A stretch of DNA of 64,000 nt. It comes from Aureliella sp. GTDB lineage: Bacteria; Planctomycetota; Planctomycetia; Pirellulales; Pirellulaceae. Shown piece after piece: positions 38,623 to 48,082 of the stretch. Numbering within the stretch: the stretch's first letter is position 1; each line of letters starts with the position of its first letter. The notes under the pieces were generated by a model. That model was not told where the DNA came from and did no database searches. It was given only the letters and a program-made list of their open reading frames with translations. The stretch is from positions 3,456,001 through 3,520,000 of the forward strand of contig OY829846.1 of NCBI GenBank assembly GCA_963691875.1, read 5' to 3'. The position numbers and the translations under genes are program-made.

Positions 38623-39549
38623 ATGAGTCCTATCGAAACTCGTTTGGCTCAGGCTCAACAATTGCCAAACTGGCAGCTTAGCGCATCGGCGGTAAGCTGC
38701 CTGTGTGCGATTCTTCAGAACCACACCTCTCGAATTCCGAGTGATGAAGTGCGAGGGCTACTGGCTGCGGAAGCAGTATCTCTCAAAACTTTGATGCAGC
38801 AACTGATGCTCGTGGCGCAGCAATTCGCAACCGCCCCCGTATCTGATTTTTTGGTAGGCGCCGCCGCACTTGGGGAAACCGGCGACATCCACCTGGGAGC
38901 GAATTACGAGTTCGAAGCGCTGCCCTTGAACTGCTCGGTTCATGCGGAACAAGCCTGCCTGTCCAATGCTCTGCTTAGTGGTGAAACGCAGCTACGGTCG
39001 ATTGCGCTAAGTGCGGCGCCTTGTGGGCACTGCCGCCAGTTCCTTCATGAACAACGCGAAGCAACAAGTATGACTTGCGTGCTACCTGGCAATGAAACTC
39101 TTCTGCTACCGGAGCTTTTGCCCCAAGCTTTTGGACCAAAACAACTGAATGTTGATACGTTTCTCTTTGAAGCAGAGGACAACTCCTACACTCTTTCTCA
39201 TCCACCAGCAGATTCCGATTTGGCCCAGATGTCCAAGCTCGGATTACCGCTGTTGCCGCTTAGCCATGCACCTTACTCACAGTCTCCTGCAGCGGCAGTG
39301 GTGCGGACTGTCGATGGCGTCTGCCATCGGGGCGTGTATCTTGAGAACGCGGCTTTCAACCCAAGCTTGCCGGCATTTCAATCCGCTCTGGCACAAATGC
39401 AGATGACCAATTCGCGCGAATGCGGTCTTAGCCATGCTCTCCTTTTAGAACTAGAGCAGCCGACTATCTCTCACGCCCAAACGTCTCGAGAAGCGTGGCG
39501 AACTCTGTCCAATGGAGTTCTTTACCAAGCAGGTGTTCGCATAGAATGA
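38623..39549 (+). CDS. cdd: Cytidine deaminase, long homodimeric type
   Basis: HAEQ and PCGHCRQ zinc motifs, plus a second domain SHAPYS...ENAAFNPSLP. Confidence 0.9.
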   Translation: MSPIETRLAQAQQLPNWQLSASAVSCLCAILQNHTSRIPSDEVRGLLAAEAVSLKTLMQQLMLVAQQFATAPVSDFLVGAAALGETGDIHLGANYEFEALPLNCSVHAEQACLSNALLSGETQLRSIALSAAPCGHCRQFLHEQREATSMTCVLPGNETLLLPELLPQAFGPKQLNVDTFLFEAEDNSYTLSHPPADSDLAQMSKLGLPLLPLSHAPYSQSPAAAVVRTVDGVCHRGVYLENAAFNPSLPAFQSALAQMQMTNSRECGLSHALLLELEQPTISHAQTSREAWRTLSNGVLYQAGVRIE

Positions 39550-39601
39550 TGAAGCGCGCCGCACCCGCATCTAGTTCATTCTGCTTTCTAGGTCATTAGC
39601 A

Positions 39602-40102
39602 TTGAGTTGTCGTTTCAAGAGTCCTGGTGGTGACCTCAACTGGCTCAGCCCGCTGATGATCCTGGGCGGAGGCTTTCTGTGCTATCACAGCGTAATGTCT
39701 GGTAGTTTGATCAAAGCCCTACTTTTTGGAACCCTGGCCTTTCTCTGCAGCATGCTTTGGTTCCAGCAACGATGGGCCACCTATCCCTTGCTCGCCTACT
39801 TGAGTTTTGCCGTTTTCGGCGGCTCACTGCTCCTGATCTTTGATGGCTTCGAAATACGAAAGCTTTTCAGCGTACTTTCTTGCATCTTGTTAAGCCGCGA
39901 GCTTTTAAAGTGGAAGGATGGAGAAGACGAAACGCAGGAAGCCGTCGATGACATAAGCGACTTTAACAGCCATTGGAGCGAAGATCTCGAGATGACCGAG
40001 CAGCTCGAGGCCGAGGAATTGATCGACCCACAAGAAGGAAAGAAAACGAAGAAACGCGGGCGTTGGAGGTCGAACAAGCCTGGCGATACTTTCGAGATCT
40101 AA
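39602..40102 (+). CDS. Hypothetical membrane protein (about 4 TM, charged tail)
   Basis: Four hydrophobic segments followed by an acidic/basic tail; start uncertain. Confidence 0.65.
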   Translation: MSCRFKSPGGDLNWLSPLMILGGGFLCYHSVMSGSLIKALLFGTLAFLCSMLWFQQRWATYPLLAYLSFAVFGGSLLLIFDGFEIRKLFSVLSCILLSRELLKWKDGEDETQEAVDDISDFNSHWSEDLEMTEQLEAEELIDPQEGKKTKKRGRWRSNKPGDTFEI

Positions 40103-40142
40103 ATGTTCGCAAGATTCCAGCTGGGAATTCTGACGTATCCCA

Positions 40143-41228
40143 CTACGGTGCAGAGCCAGCGATCTGGGCGAGCTCGCAGAGGTTGGCACTGACCACAGGT
40201 TGCGGACAACTCCAAACCAAGAAAAACAGAGCTTCTCTTGCCCAGCGTCCTGCGGGATGCGAAGCCATAAAACCGGCACCCTTAGCTGCTGACAGTGCTG
40301 CCTGAGTGCTTCTCAACACCAACGAATTCGCTCGCTGGCGCAGTTCAGCAGCATCCATGGAGCAGTTTTCGCCAGCATTCAAGTCTCGCAACACACGGCA
40401 GAGCTCCTCGGCATCTCGATCCATCTTTTGAGCAACAGGAACGAGATCCTGTCTCTTCTCGGCTTGTTGCTGCAAATACTCTACGGATGCTAGCGTGAGT
40501 CCGATCGCAAGCGTCGATGTTTGCAGCCCACCAGCTCCGCCGCCAGAATTGGTCTGCAGCACATTCTCGACAGGCCCAGCCACGATGCGGTTTTCAGGCA
40601 CAAACACATTCTCAAGCCTCACCGCGTCGGTACAACTGCTGGACAATGCAACAAGATCCGCTCCCGGTGATGCTTCCAGCCCGGCAGAATCCGTTGAAAC
40701 TGCTGCAATGATTTGTGTACCATCGTCGAGACTTGCTCCGAGCACGATCACGTCAGCTTGCGCTGCCGAAGTAACCCATGGACTGAATCCGTTGAGCATG
40801 AAGCCATTTTCAGCACGTTCTGCGATCAAGACAGGTTTCGCCAAATGTTGTCGACTGGTGGTCAAGTGACTGATACCAACCGTCGCAAACAAACTTCCAT
40901 CAGCCATGGCTGGCAAGAGATCCTGCTTGAGCTGTTCGTTGACGCTGCCCAAGATACGTTTGCAGGCGGCGTTCCATTGCGTCAATATAAACGTGCTGGT
41001 GATACAGCTTTGGCTCAGCGCCAAATAGCCATTCAGAATCTGGTCTTCGCTCCAACCATCTCCACCATACACCGGAGGAATAAACCAGCGAAAAACACCA
41101 GCCTTTGCCAACCAAGACATCGTCTCAGAAGGCCACTGGCGTTTCAGATCGACCTCCGCAGCGTGTTCATGCAGATCCATGCAGAGCTGCTGAACCTCCT
41201 CTGGCATTTTGCCTACCATCGAGCTCAC
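40143..41228 (-). CDS. Acyl-CoA dehydrogenase family flavoprotein
   Basis: WFIPPVYGGDG, TVGISHLTTS, LNGFSPWVT, VRLENVFVP and AAKGAGF..GRWAREALFFLVWSCP. Confidence 0.88.
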   Translation of the reverse strand: MSSMVGKMPEEVQQLCMDLHEHAAEVDLKRQWPSETMSWLAKAGVFRWFIPPVYGGDGWSEDQILNGYLALSQSCITSTFILTQWNAACKRILGSVNEQLKQDLLPAMADGSLFATVGISHLTTSRQHLAKPVLIAERAENGFMLNGFSPWVTSAAQADVIVLGASLDDGTQIIAAVSTDSAGLEASPGADLVALSSSCTDAVRLENVFVPENRIVAGPVENVLQTNSGGGAGGLQTSTLAIGLTLASVEYLQQQAEKRQDLVPVAQKMDRDAEELCRVLRDLNAGENCSMDAAELRQRANSLVLRSTQAALSAAKGAGFMASHPAGRWAREALFFLVWSCPQPVVSANLCELAQIAGSAP

Positions 41229-41255
41229 CGCTGAACCTCTTCTCCAAGAGAGCGT

Positions 41256-42056
41256 TTACTGGAGTACCTTTTTGGAGATATCTGGCTTTGTCTCGTCCCT
41301 GACCGGGGCTTGGTCAGTTCCCTCACCACCAGGAGAAGATACCGCAGGTCTCGGCTTTGTTTCACCGCCCAATGGTGCTGCAAGCGGAGCTCCTGAAAGC
41401 CAGGCGAGAGCGAAGGTGACAATGAAATACAGGGAGTAGTGCATCAATCCTTGCACTGCTTCCAACTCAAGAGCCGCTACCGCGATTGCTGCACCCAGCA
41501 CCAACATCGCTGGAATCGAAAGCCCAAGCGCGAGAGCAGAGTACTCGGCCGTAGATTCATACTCGAACACAAAAGCTGGCACGAAGACATACAAGGCCCA
41601 GATTAGGGCAAAGCTGATTCCGCATATCACGACTCGGAGCAGCAATTGCTGGCCAGCGAATCCCTCCAGCTCATCGTCGTGCAAAAACCAATAGCCAAGA
41701 AATACCAGTGGCGGCGCGATGATGATCGCGCCCAGAGTCAACAAAGCGACCTGAGGCGGATTACCCGTAATACGCAAGCCTAACGCCAAGACGAAAATGC
41801 AAAGTGCCGCCACGCAGCTACCAATGATGATCGGCAGGCTAACGTTGACTTCCTCGCGCCGAATGGGACTCAGTATGGCCTTACCCGACGCGTCCTTTGG
41901 AGAATCCGCTTCAGGTGCGTGGATGACGACCTGCTCGGAAAGCTCCGGTACCTTGATCGTCTTCTGACAGTTTGGGCATGGACCAGTCTTCCCAGCAAAT
42001 TTGTCACTGACGCTAAAGCGTTTCAAACAGCTGGGACAAGTAACATTAATTGGCAT
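41256..42056 (-). CDS. Zinc-ribbon-containing membrane protein
   Basis: CPSC...GKTGPCPNC N-terminal ribbon followed by about 5 TM helices. Confidence 0.82.
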   Translation of the reverse strand: MPINVTCPSCLKRFSVSDKFAGKTGPCPNCQKTIKVPELSEQVVIHAPEADSPKDASGKAILSPIRREEVNVSLPIIIGSCVAALCIFVLALGLRITGNPPQVALLTLGAIIIAPPLVFLGYWFLHDDELEGFAGQQLLLRVVICGISFALIWALYVFVPAFVFEYESTAEYSALALGLSIPAMLVLGAAIAVAALELEAVQGLMHYSLYFIVTFALAWLSGAPLAAPLGGETKPRPAVSSPGGEGTDQAPVRDETKPDISKKVLQ

Positions 42057-42224
42057 AAAATGAGCAGCGGTGATGAGGTTCTACACGAATCGCTCGAGCA
42101 AACAGGCGAGAACTCAGCCAGGCATTGATTCAGATTCACAACAAGACTCACATTGTAACCCAGCTTGCCGAATCTCGGCCACTAGAACCAGCGTCTGCCC
42201 AAAAACCAACTGAGAAACTATTCC

Positions 42225-42764
42225 ATGACTGCGGCTGATTCCCAACCCAATGCCCCCCCAGCCTCTCAGGCAAGGCACCCGCTAAACGTGGTTCTGTTCC
42301 AGCCAGAAATTCCTCCCAACACAGGAAATATTGGGCGCTCCTGCGTTGCCTTGGGGGCCAAGCTGTGGATCGTCCGACCCTATTCCTTCAGCCTAGATTC
42401 GGCTCAGATCAAACGTTCCGGCATGGATTACTGGAATGACTTGGACTGGGAGTGCGTTGACAATTGGGATGACCTGCTAATAAAACTTCCGCCAACGCGG
42501 ATTTGGTTACTGACCAAGTTTGGAACCCAGAATTACTTCGACGTAGCATTTGAAGAAGGCGATACCTTGGTTTTTGGCCGTGAGTCCAACGGTCTGCCTC
42601 AAGCGATACACGATCAGTATGCCGATCACCAACTCTTGATTCCTATGCCTGGGCCAGTTCGATGTCTGAACCTTGCCACCTCGGCCGGAATCGTCATGTA
42701 CGAAGCAGCGCGACAAATGAATCTTTTCTCGTCTCCCATAGCGGAACAGGGAGCGGGCTCATGA
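42225..42764 (+). CDS. trmL: tRNA (cytidine(34)-2'-O)-methyltransferase (SPOUT)
   Basis: QPEIPPNTGNIGR, RSGMDYW, FGRESNGLP and IPM..RCLNLA. Confidence 0.94.
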   Translation: MTAADSQPNAPPASQARHPLNVVLFQPEIPPNTGNIGRSCVALGAKLWIVRPYSFSLDSAQIKRSGMDYWNDLDWECVDNWDDLLIKLPPTRIWLLTKFGTQNYFDVAFEEGDTLVFGRESNGLPQAIHDQYADHQLLIPMPGPVRCLNLATSAGIVMYEAARQMNLFSSPIAEQGAGS

Positions 42765-45244
42765 GCAACATGCTGCCTTTCCGCAACTTGCAGCATTTCC
42801 CAAAGTATCTCACGTGCGTCGGTGAACAGCTGTTGTTTTTGGTGGCGATGCTATCCATAGCAACCCCATCTGCTCGTGCTCAGCGATCAGCAGAAGACCG
42901 CACTTTGCAAACCATGTATTTCTCTGGCTTGACCGACTCAGCCATCGCTTACACCCAGCGCCAGATTGTTCTCACCAACGACACGCCCAATCTGCATGCA
43001 AAGTGGACGCAGCGTTTGATGGAGAGTTACGGTCAAGCGGCCTTACGGAAAACATCTTCTGCCGACAGCCAAAGATTATGGCGAGAATCGGATCAAGTGC
43101 TACACGCTTTTCAACAGACGAGACCAGAGAACCCCCGACTCCCCTGGTTGTTCTGGCAGCAAGGCCGCTGCCGGCTATTGCAAGCGCAGTCCGCCACGGC
43201 TCAGTATCTAGCAGCCCCAGCCAACAAACAGCCCCGCGACTCAGCGCTGGCGTTGGTTCGAGAGATCCTGAGCTTGATGGAGAAACTCGAGGATGACATC
43301 AAAGAGCGCCAACCGATTGCGGCTCGCGAGGTATCAGGCCCCAGAACTCAGGCACCAGCGGATCAGCTTTCTCGGTTGCGAGTTGACGCCGGCTTGTTGC
43401 GTTGCGAGGCACTGCTGATTCGAGCAAGTTTGTATCCACGCGACTCGCGAGACCGTCGCGCGGCTGCAACCGATGCAGAGTCACAAGCCGCTGATATTCT
43501 TGGCATTACCGGTCGAGATTGGTCCTCGCGTTCGGCGCTCGAGGTGGCCCAAGCCATCGCAAATCTAGAACTTGGACGCAGCCAAGAGGCTCTGAAGATA
43601 CTCACCAAAATTGCCACGGATTCAGGCAATCGAATGCAGCCACGCGCTGCATCGGTGGCCATCGAGTACTTAGCGGAAAACTCGGGCGCCAGTCGAGCGC
43701 GTGGCCTTCTCGCAGTTCTAAGTGGTCCTGACCTAAGCTTGGCAAAGATCCGAATTGGAATCGCCGAGTTGGAGGGAACAAGCGACCAACAGCGAGCGCA
43801 GAAGCTTGAGAGGCTCTTGGCTGATGCAAAGGGCGTCGGCGAGCAGTATGGTGCGTACTGGAGAAACCGTGCGGAATCCCTACTTCTCAGCGCCCGAGCA
43901 CAGCCTGCCAGCAGCTCGAATTCGAATGCGAGCTTGGAACTGATGCTCGCACAAGTCCGCCAGCTTATCAATGCAGAGCAACAAGGCAAAGCGATAAAAA
44001 AACTGCTTGAATTCCGCGATAACGAGACTGCTCTGGGAAATGCGTCGAATGCCCTGAAGCTCGCTCAGATCGCTAGCGCTTCGTTGCAGGGAAAAAAAGA
44101 CTGGGCGGCGGCGGCGGAGGCCAGCTGTAAAACCGCTATCCGGTTTAAGTCTGAGAAACTTGCGCCGGAAATCCATATGCAGTCTATTCAGTGCTTGCTA
44201 GAAGGCTTGAAAGCAGATTTTGGGAACACTGACCTTCGCCAACTCTATGAGACCTCGCTCATCCAACAACTAACACACTGGCCCGAAGCAGAGGAGAGCG
44301 AAGCTCCGCGTCAGTGGCTTGTTCAGTGGTTGCGAGGACAGAAGAAGTTTGAAGAGCTCGCAAAGGTTCTGCTGGACCAAGTGTTCGCCAGCCAAAAAAT
44401 CAGCAATGCACAGAACACACTGCAGAGCTGGTTGGCCGTTGTCCTGCAGATGTCTGATCGGATCGCAAGGCAGAAACAACTAGACAGACTTTCCAAACGA
44501 CTGCAAGAGGGTAGACCTGCTCACTCGATTACCGCTGGCATTTATTTACTGGCTGCCGAGTTACTCTCACATTGGCCCCAACCAGACCGTGCCAATGAGC
44601 TTGATAGGCAACTCCGATCACTTCGAGGCTCCACGCTCGATAAGCATGATATGAATCTGATTGCCGCTTGCGAGTTGCTCAGGCTCGTTCAGACCAATTC
44701 GCTCAGCGCCGCCCGCCGCAAGACTTCGGACTTCGATGCGAGTTCGATTTCAGAAGAATTGGTGGCTCAGCTCTACCTAGCGATGGCCGAGGCTGTAGAC
44801 GAGACCGAAGGTGCAAAACCATCGAGCTGGTGCGACGCACTTGGATGGAATTCCAGCACTCCGGCTCGTCTTCTCAAGCAGCGAGACCCTCGCACTCAGA
44901 TACTTGCTCACCGGATCCGGATCTGGCTTGGTGATAACGAGAGCTTGGCTGCAGTCCGCGAGCTTGCGAAAAATCATTCGCGAAACGCCGCCATGCAACT
45001 TCAGCTGGCAAAAGCTTTGGCACCGAACAACACCCAAGAGTCAACACAAATCGCGCGACGATTGGTATTTGGAAGCAAATCAGGCAGTGATCTTCATTTC
45101 CAAGCTCGTTGGCTCTTGATACGCAACAAAATCAAAACAGGCGATACCCCCGGCGCCCAGCGCGACGCAAAGAAGCTCCTGGCAGCTCAGCCGTTTGAAT
45201 CCGAATTATGGAAAGCCCGTTTTGAAGACGTGGCCAACAACTAA
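42761..45244 (+). CDS. Large secreted alpha-helical (TPR-like) hypothetical protein
   Basis: ATGA overlap with the trmL stop; signal-like segment; Ala/Leu/Gln-rich helical repeats. Confidence 0.78.
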   Translation: MSNMLPFRNLQHFPKYLTCVGEQLLFLVAMLSIATPSARAQRSAEDRTLQTMYFSGLTDSAIAYTQRQIVLTNDTPNLHAKWTQRLMESYGQAALRKTSSADSQRLWRESDQVLHAFQQTRPENPRLPWLFWQQGRCRLLQAQSATAQYLAAPANKQPRDSALALVREILSLMEKLEDDIKERQPIAAREVSGPRTQAPADQLSRLRVDAGLLRCEALLIRASLYPRDSRDRRAAATDAESQAADILGITGRDWSSRSALEVAQAIANLELGRSQEALKILTKIATDSGNRMQPRAASVAIEYLAENSGASRARGLLAVLSGPDLSLAKIRIGIAELEGTSDQQRAQKLERLLADAKGVGEQYGAYWRNRAESLLLSARAQPASSSNSNASLELMLAQVRQLINAEQQGKAIKKLLEFRDNETALGNASNALKLAQIASASLQGKKDWAAAAEASCKTAIRFKSEKLAPEIHMQSIQCLLEGLKADFGNTDLRQLYETSLIQQLTHWPEAEESEAPRQWLVQWLRGQKKFEELAKVLLDQVFASQKISNAQNTLQSWLAVVLQMSDRIARQKQLDRLSKRLQEGRPAHSITAGIYLLAAELLSHWPQPDRANELDRQLRSLRGSTLDKHDMNLIAACELLRLVQTNSLSAARRKTSDFDASSISEELVAQLYLAMAEAVDETEGAKPSSWCDALGWNSSTPARLLKQRDPRTQILAHRIRIWLGDNESLAAVRELAKNHSRNAAMQLQLAKALAPNNTQESTQIARRLVFGSKSGSDLHFQARWLLIRNKIKTGDTPGAQRDAKKLLAAQPFESELWKARFEDVANN

Positions 45245-45355
45245 GTAACTTGGGCCACTTTAGCATGGGGCCCCGGCCCATGCGGCCTTGCAACCTGGGC
45301 CCTAGATGCCCCGTTCCAGCCTTCATTACCACTCGTTTCAAAACACATTGCTCCG

Positions 45356-45835
45356 ATGAAAAACGAACCTGTTGCCAACTTGTTGGACGAGACTGATCTG
45401 GCATTGCTCGAACAATTGCAGCGAGACTGCAGACAGACCGTGGCGCAGCTTTCGGAGAAAGTCCACCTTTCTAGTTCCGCCTGCCACCGCCGAATCAAAG
45501 CACTAGAAGAAGCCGGAGCGATCACGAACTACGTCGCCAAGCTTTCTTCCAAGAAGCTCGGCTATACCGTCGAGTTCTTTGTCGAACTTTCCTTGGCCAC
45601 TCAAGACGATGGAGCCTTTGAGCAATTCGAAAAGGAAGTGAAGAAGATCCCGGAGATCCTCGAGTGCTACATGCTCGGCGGTCAGTACGACTATTTACTA
45701 CGTGTCGTTGCGATTGACCCGGAGGACTACGAGCGCATCCACCGGAAAGCGATCAGTCGCCTCCCAGGTGTAACGCGTATCCAGTCGATTCTATCGCTGC
45801 GAACAGTCAAGGCTGGTGGGATACCACTCAGCTAA
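45356..45835 (+). CDS. Lrp/AsnC family transcriptional regulator
   Basis: LDETDLALLEQLQRD..VHLSSSACHRRIKALEEAGAI HTH; ECYMLGGQYDYLLRV RAM domain. Confidence 0.95.
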   Translation: MKNEPVANLLDETDLALLEQLQRDCRQTVAQLSEKVHLSSSACHRRIKALEEAGAITNYVAKLSSKKLGYTVEFFVELSLATQDDGAFEQFEKEVKKIPEILECYMLGGQYDYLLRVVAIDPEDYERIHRKAISRLPGVTRIQSILSLRTVKAGGIPLS

Positions 45836-46742
45836 ATACCAATCAGCCGAGAAGCAAGGCAGACACAGTGACGGAAAAGAATGCAGCGCCGAGTCGAATT
45901 ACGTTCGCATCGCTTCGCGAAGAGATCCTGGCGTTCTTCCAGATGGAGGGGTGCTCTCCAGACCACTTTCCAAATGGCCACTCGGTCAAACGCGACCATT
46001 CGCGAGTTTTTTCACCAGGACCGAAGTAGGCTGACCAATCCGCTACGTTACCTGCCCGTGTGTACAGCGCTGGTCATTTGACAATATTTTTGTTCTCGTT
46101 TGGAAGTACCCCTCCCCAGTTTGCTCCAGAAGACGACGAGAATATTCGAGCCGCACTTGCAGGGAAACTCTTGGAGGAAGTCAAACAAAAATGGCGAAAC
46201 TCATTTGGCTTGCTGGATGCCCCCCCTCTGACATAAAAATGCTCTCATACGCCTGTACAGCAGACATTCGCAACTCAGATCCCAGGAGCATTACATTGTA
46301 ATAATCTGTTTTGGGGTTTCAGAACCTACTTTCTCTCGCAACATTCCCGTCGGGCTGAATGGCTAGCGCATGGAATCATGCAACCGTCTATCTCTGTGTC
46401 AGCGGCGTTTATCAAATTTGGGCCTGGCGACGTATTTTCCAGGTTCGGGGTATCCTCTGGAATGCAGCAGCTTTGGTGTCCATCGCCGCGACTTTCTCTG
46501 TCCAAGCTGCAGCAACGCTGATGGTGCTGTGGTTTATGATGCGATAGCCGTCGGTCGCTTGGCTGAAAGATCCCGTCGGAAACGAACATAGTTTTCGCTT
46601 TCGCAGCTAAAGCCCGTATTCACCGTTGTAGCCTTGATCATAATGGACAGTAGAACGTCGTCCCAAAGGGCTGTAACCCGTTCTGCCCGCCCCACACCCT
46701 ACCGGCCTCTCTCTCCATTCGTTCCTCTCCCGCATTTGCGTC

Positions 46743-48047
46743 ATGCACAGGCTATCTGCATCCTCTTTGCCGTCACATATGCAAGCCGTGGCAATACTCG
46801 CATTCTTACTCATGCTTTCCGCACACGGCTCTGCCGCCGTTGGACAAGACAAGAATGTCGAAGAAGCCCCTCCCGTCATAGTCGAGACGGTGATTCAGAA
46901 GTCAGTGAATTCCGGTTATCGCGTCGTCGGAACAGTTCAGCCTCTTCGCACCAGCACGATCGGTGTGGCCGTCGGTGGCCGGGTCGCAAGTTTTCTTGTC
47001 GACGTCGGACAGCCAGTCAAAAGGGATCAGGTCTTGGCTGAACTTCGAACCGGAACGCTCGAGATAGAACTGGCCGCCGCGAAAGCTGAACTCGTACTAT
47101 ACGAACAGCAGTTGGCAGAAATCACAAACGGCTCACGCCCTGAAGAAATCGCTGAGGCGGAAGCGAACCTTAAGGCGGCTGAAGTGGCCAAAGACAATGC
47201 GGCCAAACAACTTGGGAGGCTGGAACAATTACAAGATTCGGGGGCAGCAACTGAAACGGACATTGAAGACGCTCGGGAACGGGCAAACCGAACCCGGTTT
47301 ATTTTCAACGCAGCAAAAGCATCCTACCAGCGGGTCGCATCTGGCTCGCGGATTGAGAAAATCGCGGCCGGCCAAGCCCAAGTTGACTTACAATCGCAGC
47401 GAGTGAAATTGATAGAAGATCGAATTCGTTTGCACAGCGTCCGTGCTCCCTTCGACGGCTTTGTCTCGAAAGAATTCACCGAAATCGGTGCGTGGTTGAC
47501 TAGCGGTGATCCTGTCGTCGAAGTGATTCAGTTGGATACTGTGGAAATACAAGCGCCGGTTACCGCAGATTACGCGGTAAAACTGAACCCGGGTGAAACT
47601 GTCCGAGTGGAGTTCTCGCAACTGCCTGACCGGCTGTTTACCGGAACAGTAGATCGCATCGTTCCGCAGGCAGATCCAAGAGCGAGAACCTACCCTATCT
47701 ACGTGCGTCTAAAGAACGAACTACGCCAAGGCAACATGCCGCTGCTGCTTGACGGAATGCTCGCACGTATCGATTTGCCTGCCGGATCTGCTCGAACGCT
47801 ACCGCTTGTTCCCAAAGATGCTCTCGTCTTGGCAAATGGGAAGCGCCGCGTGTTTGTGATCGCGGAAGAGGGCGAGGATTCCAATGTCGGCATCGCTCGA
47901 GAAGTCACTGTGGAGCTTGGTGTCGCCTGGCGCAATCTGATTCAAGTCAACGGTGCGCTGAAACCGGGCCAAACCGTCGTGGTCGTTGGCAATGAACGAC
48001 TAAGCGAAGGCGACCGAGTGCGAATTGAGCACCGCGCGAAAGAATAG
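46743..48047 (+). CDS. RND efflux periplasmic adaptor (MFP)
   Basis: Lipoyl half-motifs (VDVGQPVKRDQVL; VRAPFDG), long hairpin with GSRPEEI, GTVDRIVP and VPKDAL. Confidence 0.92.
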   Translation: MHRLSASSLPSHMQAVAILAFLLMLSAHGSAAVGQDKNVEEAPPVIVETVIQKSVNSGYRVVGTVQPLRTSTIGVAVGGRVASFLVDVGQPVKRDQVLAELRTGTLEIELAAAKAELVLYEQQLAEITNGSRPEEIAEAEANLKAAEVAKDNAAKQLGRLEQLQDSGAATETDIEDARERANRTRFIFNAAKASYQRVASGSRIEKIAAGQAQVDLQSQRVKLIEDRIRLHSVRAPFDGFVSKEFTEIGAWLTSGDPVVEVIQLDTVEIQAPVTADYAVKLNPGETVRVEFSQLPDRLFTGTVDRIVPQADPRARTYPIYVRLKNELRQGNMPLLLDGMLARIDLPAGSARTLPLVPKDALVLANGKRRVFVIAEEGEDSNVGIAREVTVELGVAWRNLIQVNGALKPGQTVVVVGNERLSEGDRVRIEHRAKE

Positions 48048-48082
48048 CCCGGCACACTCTCTCACAAGCGCTGAGTTTCTGA

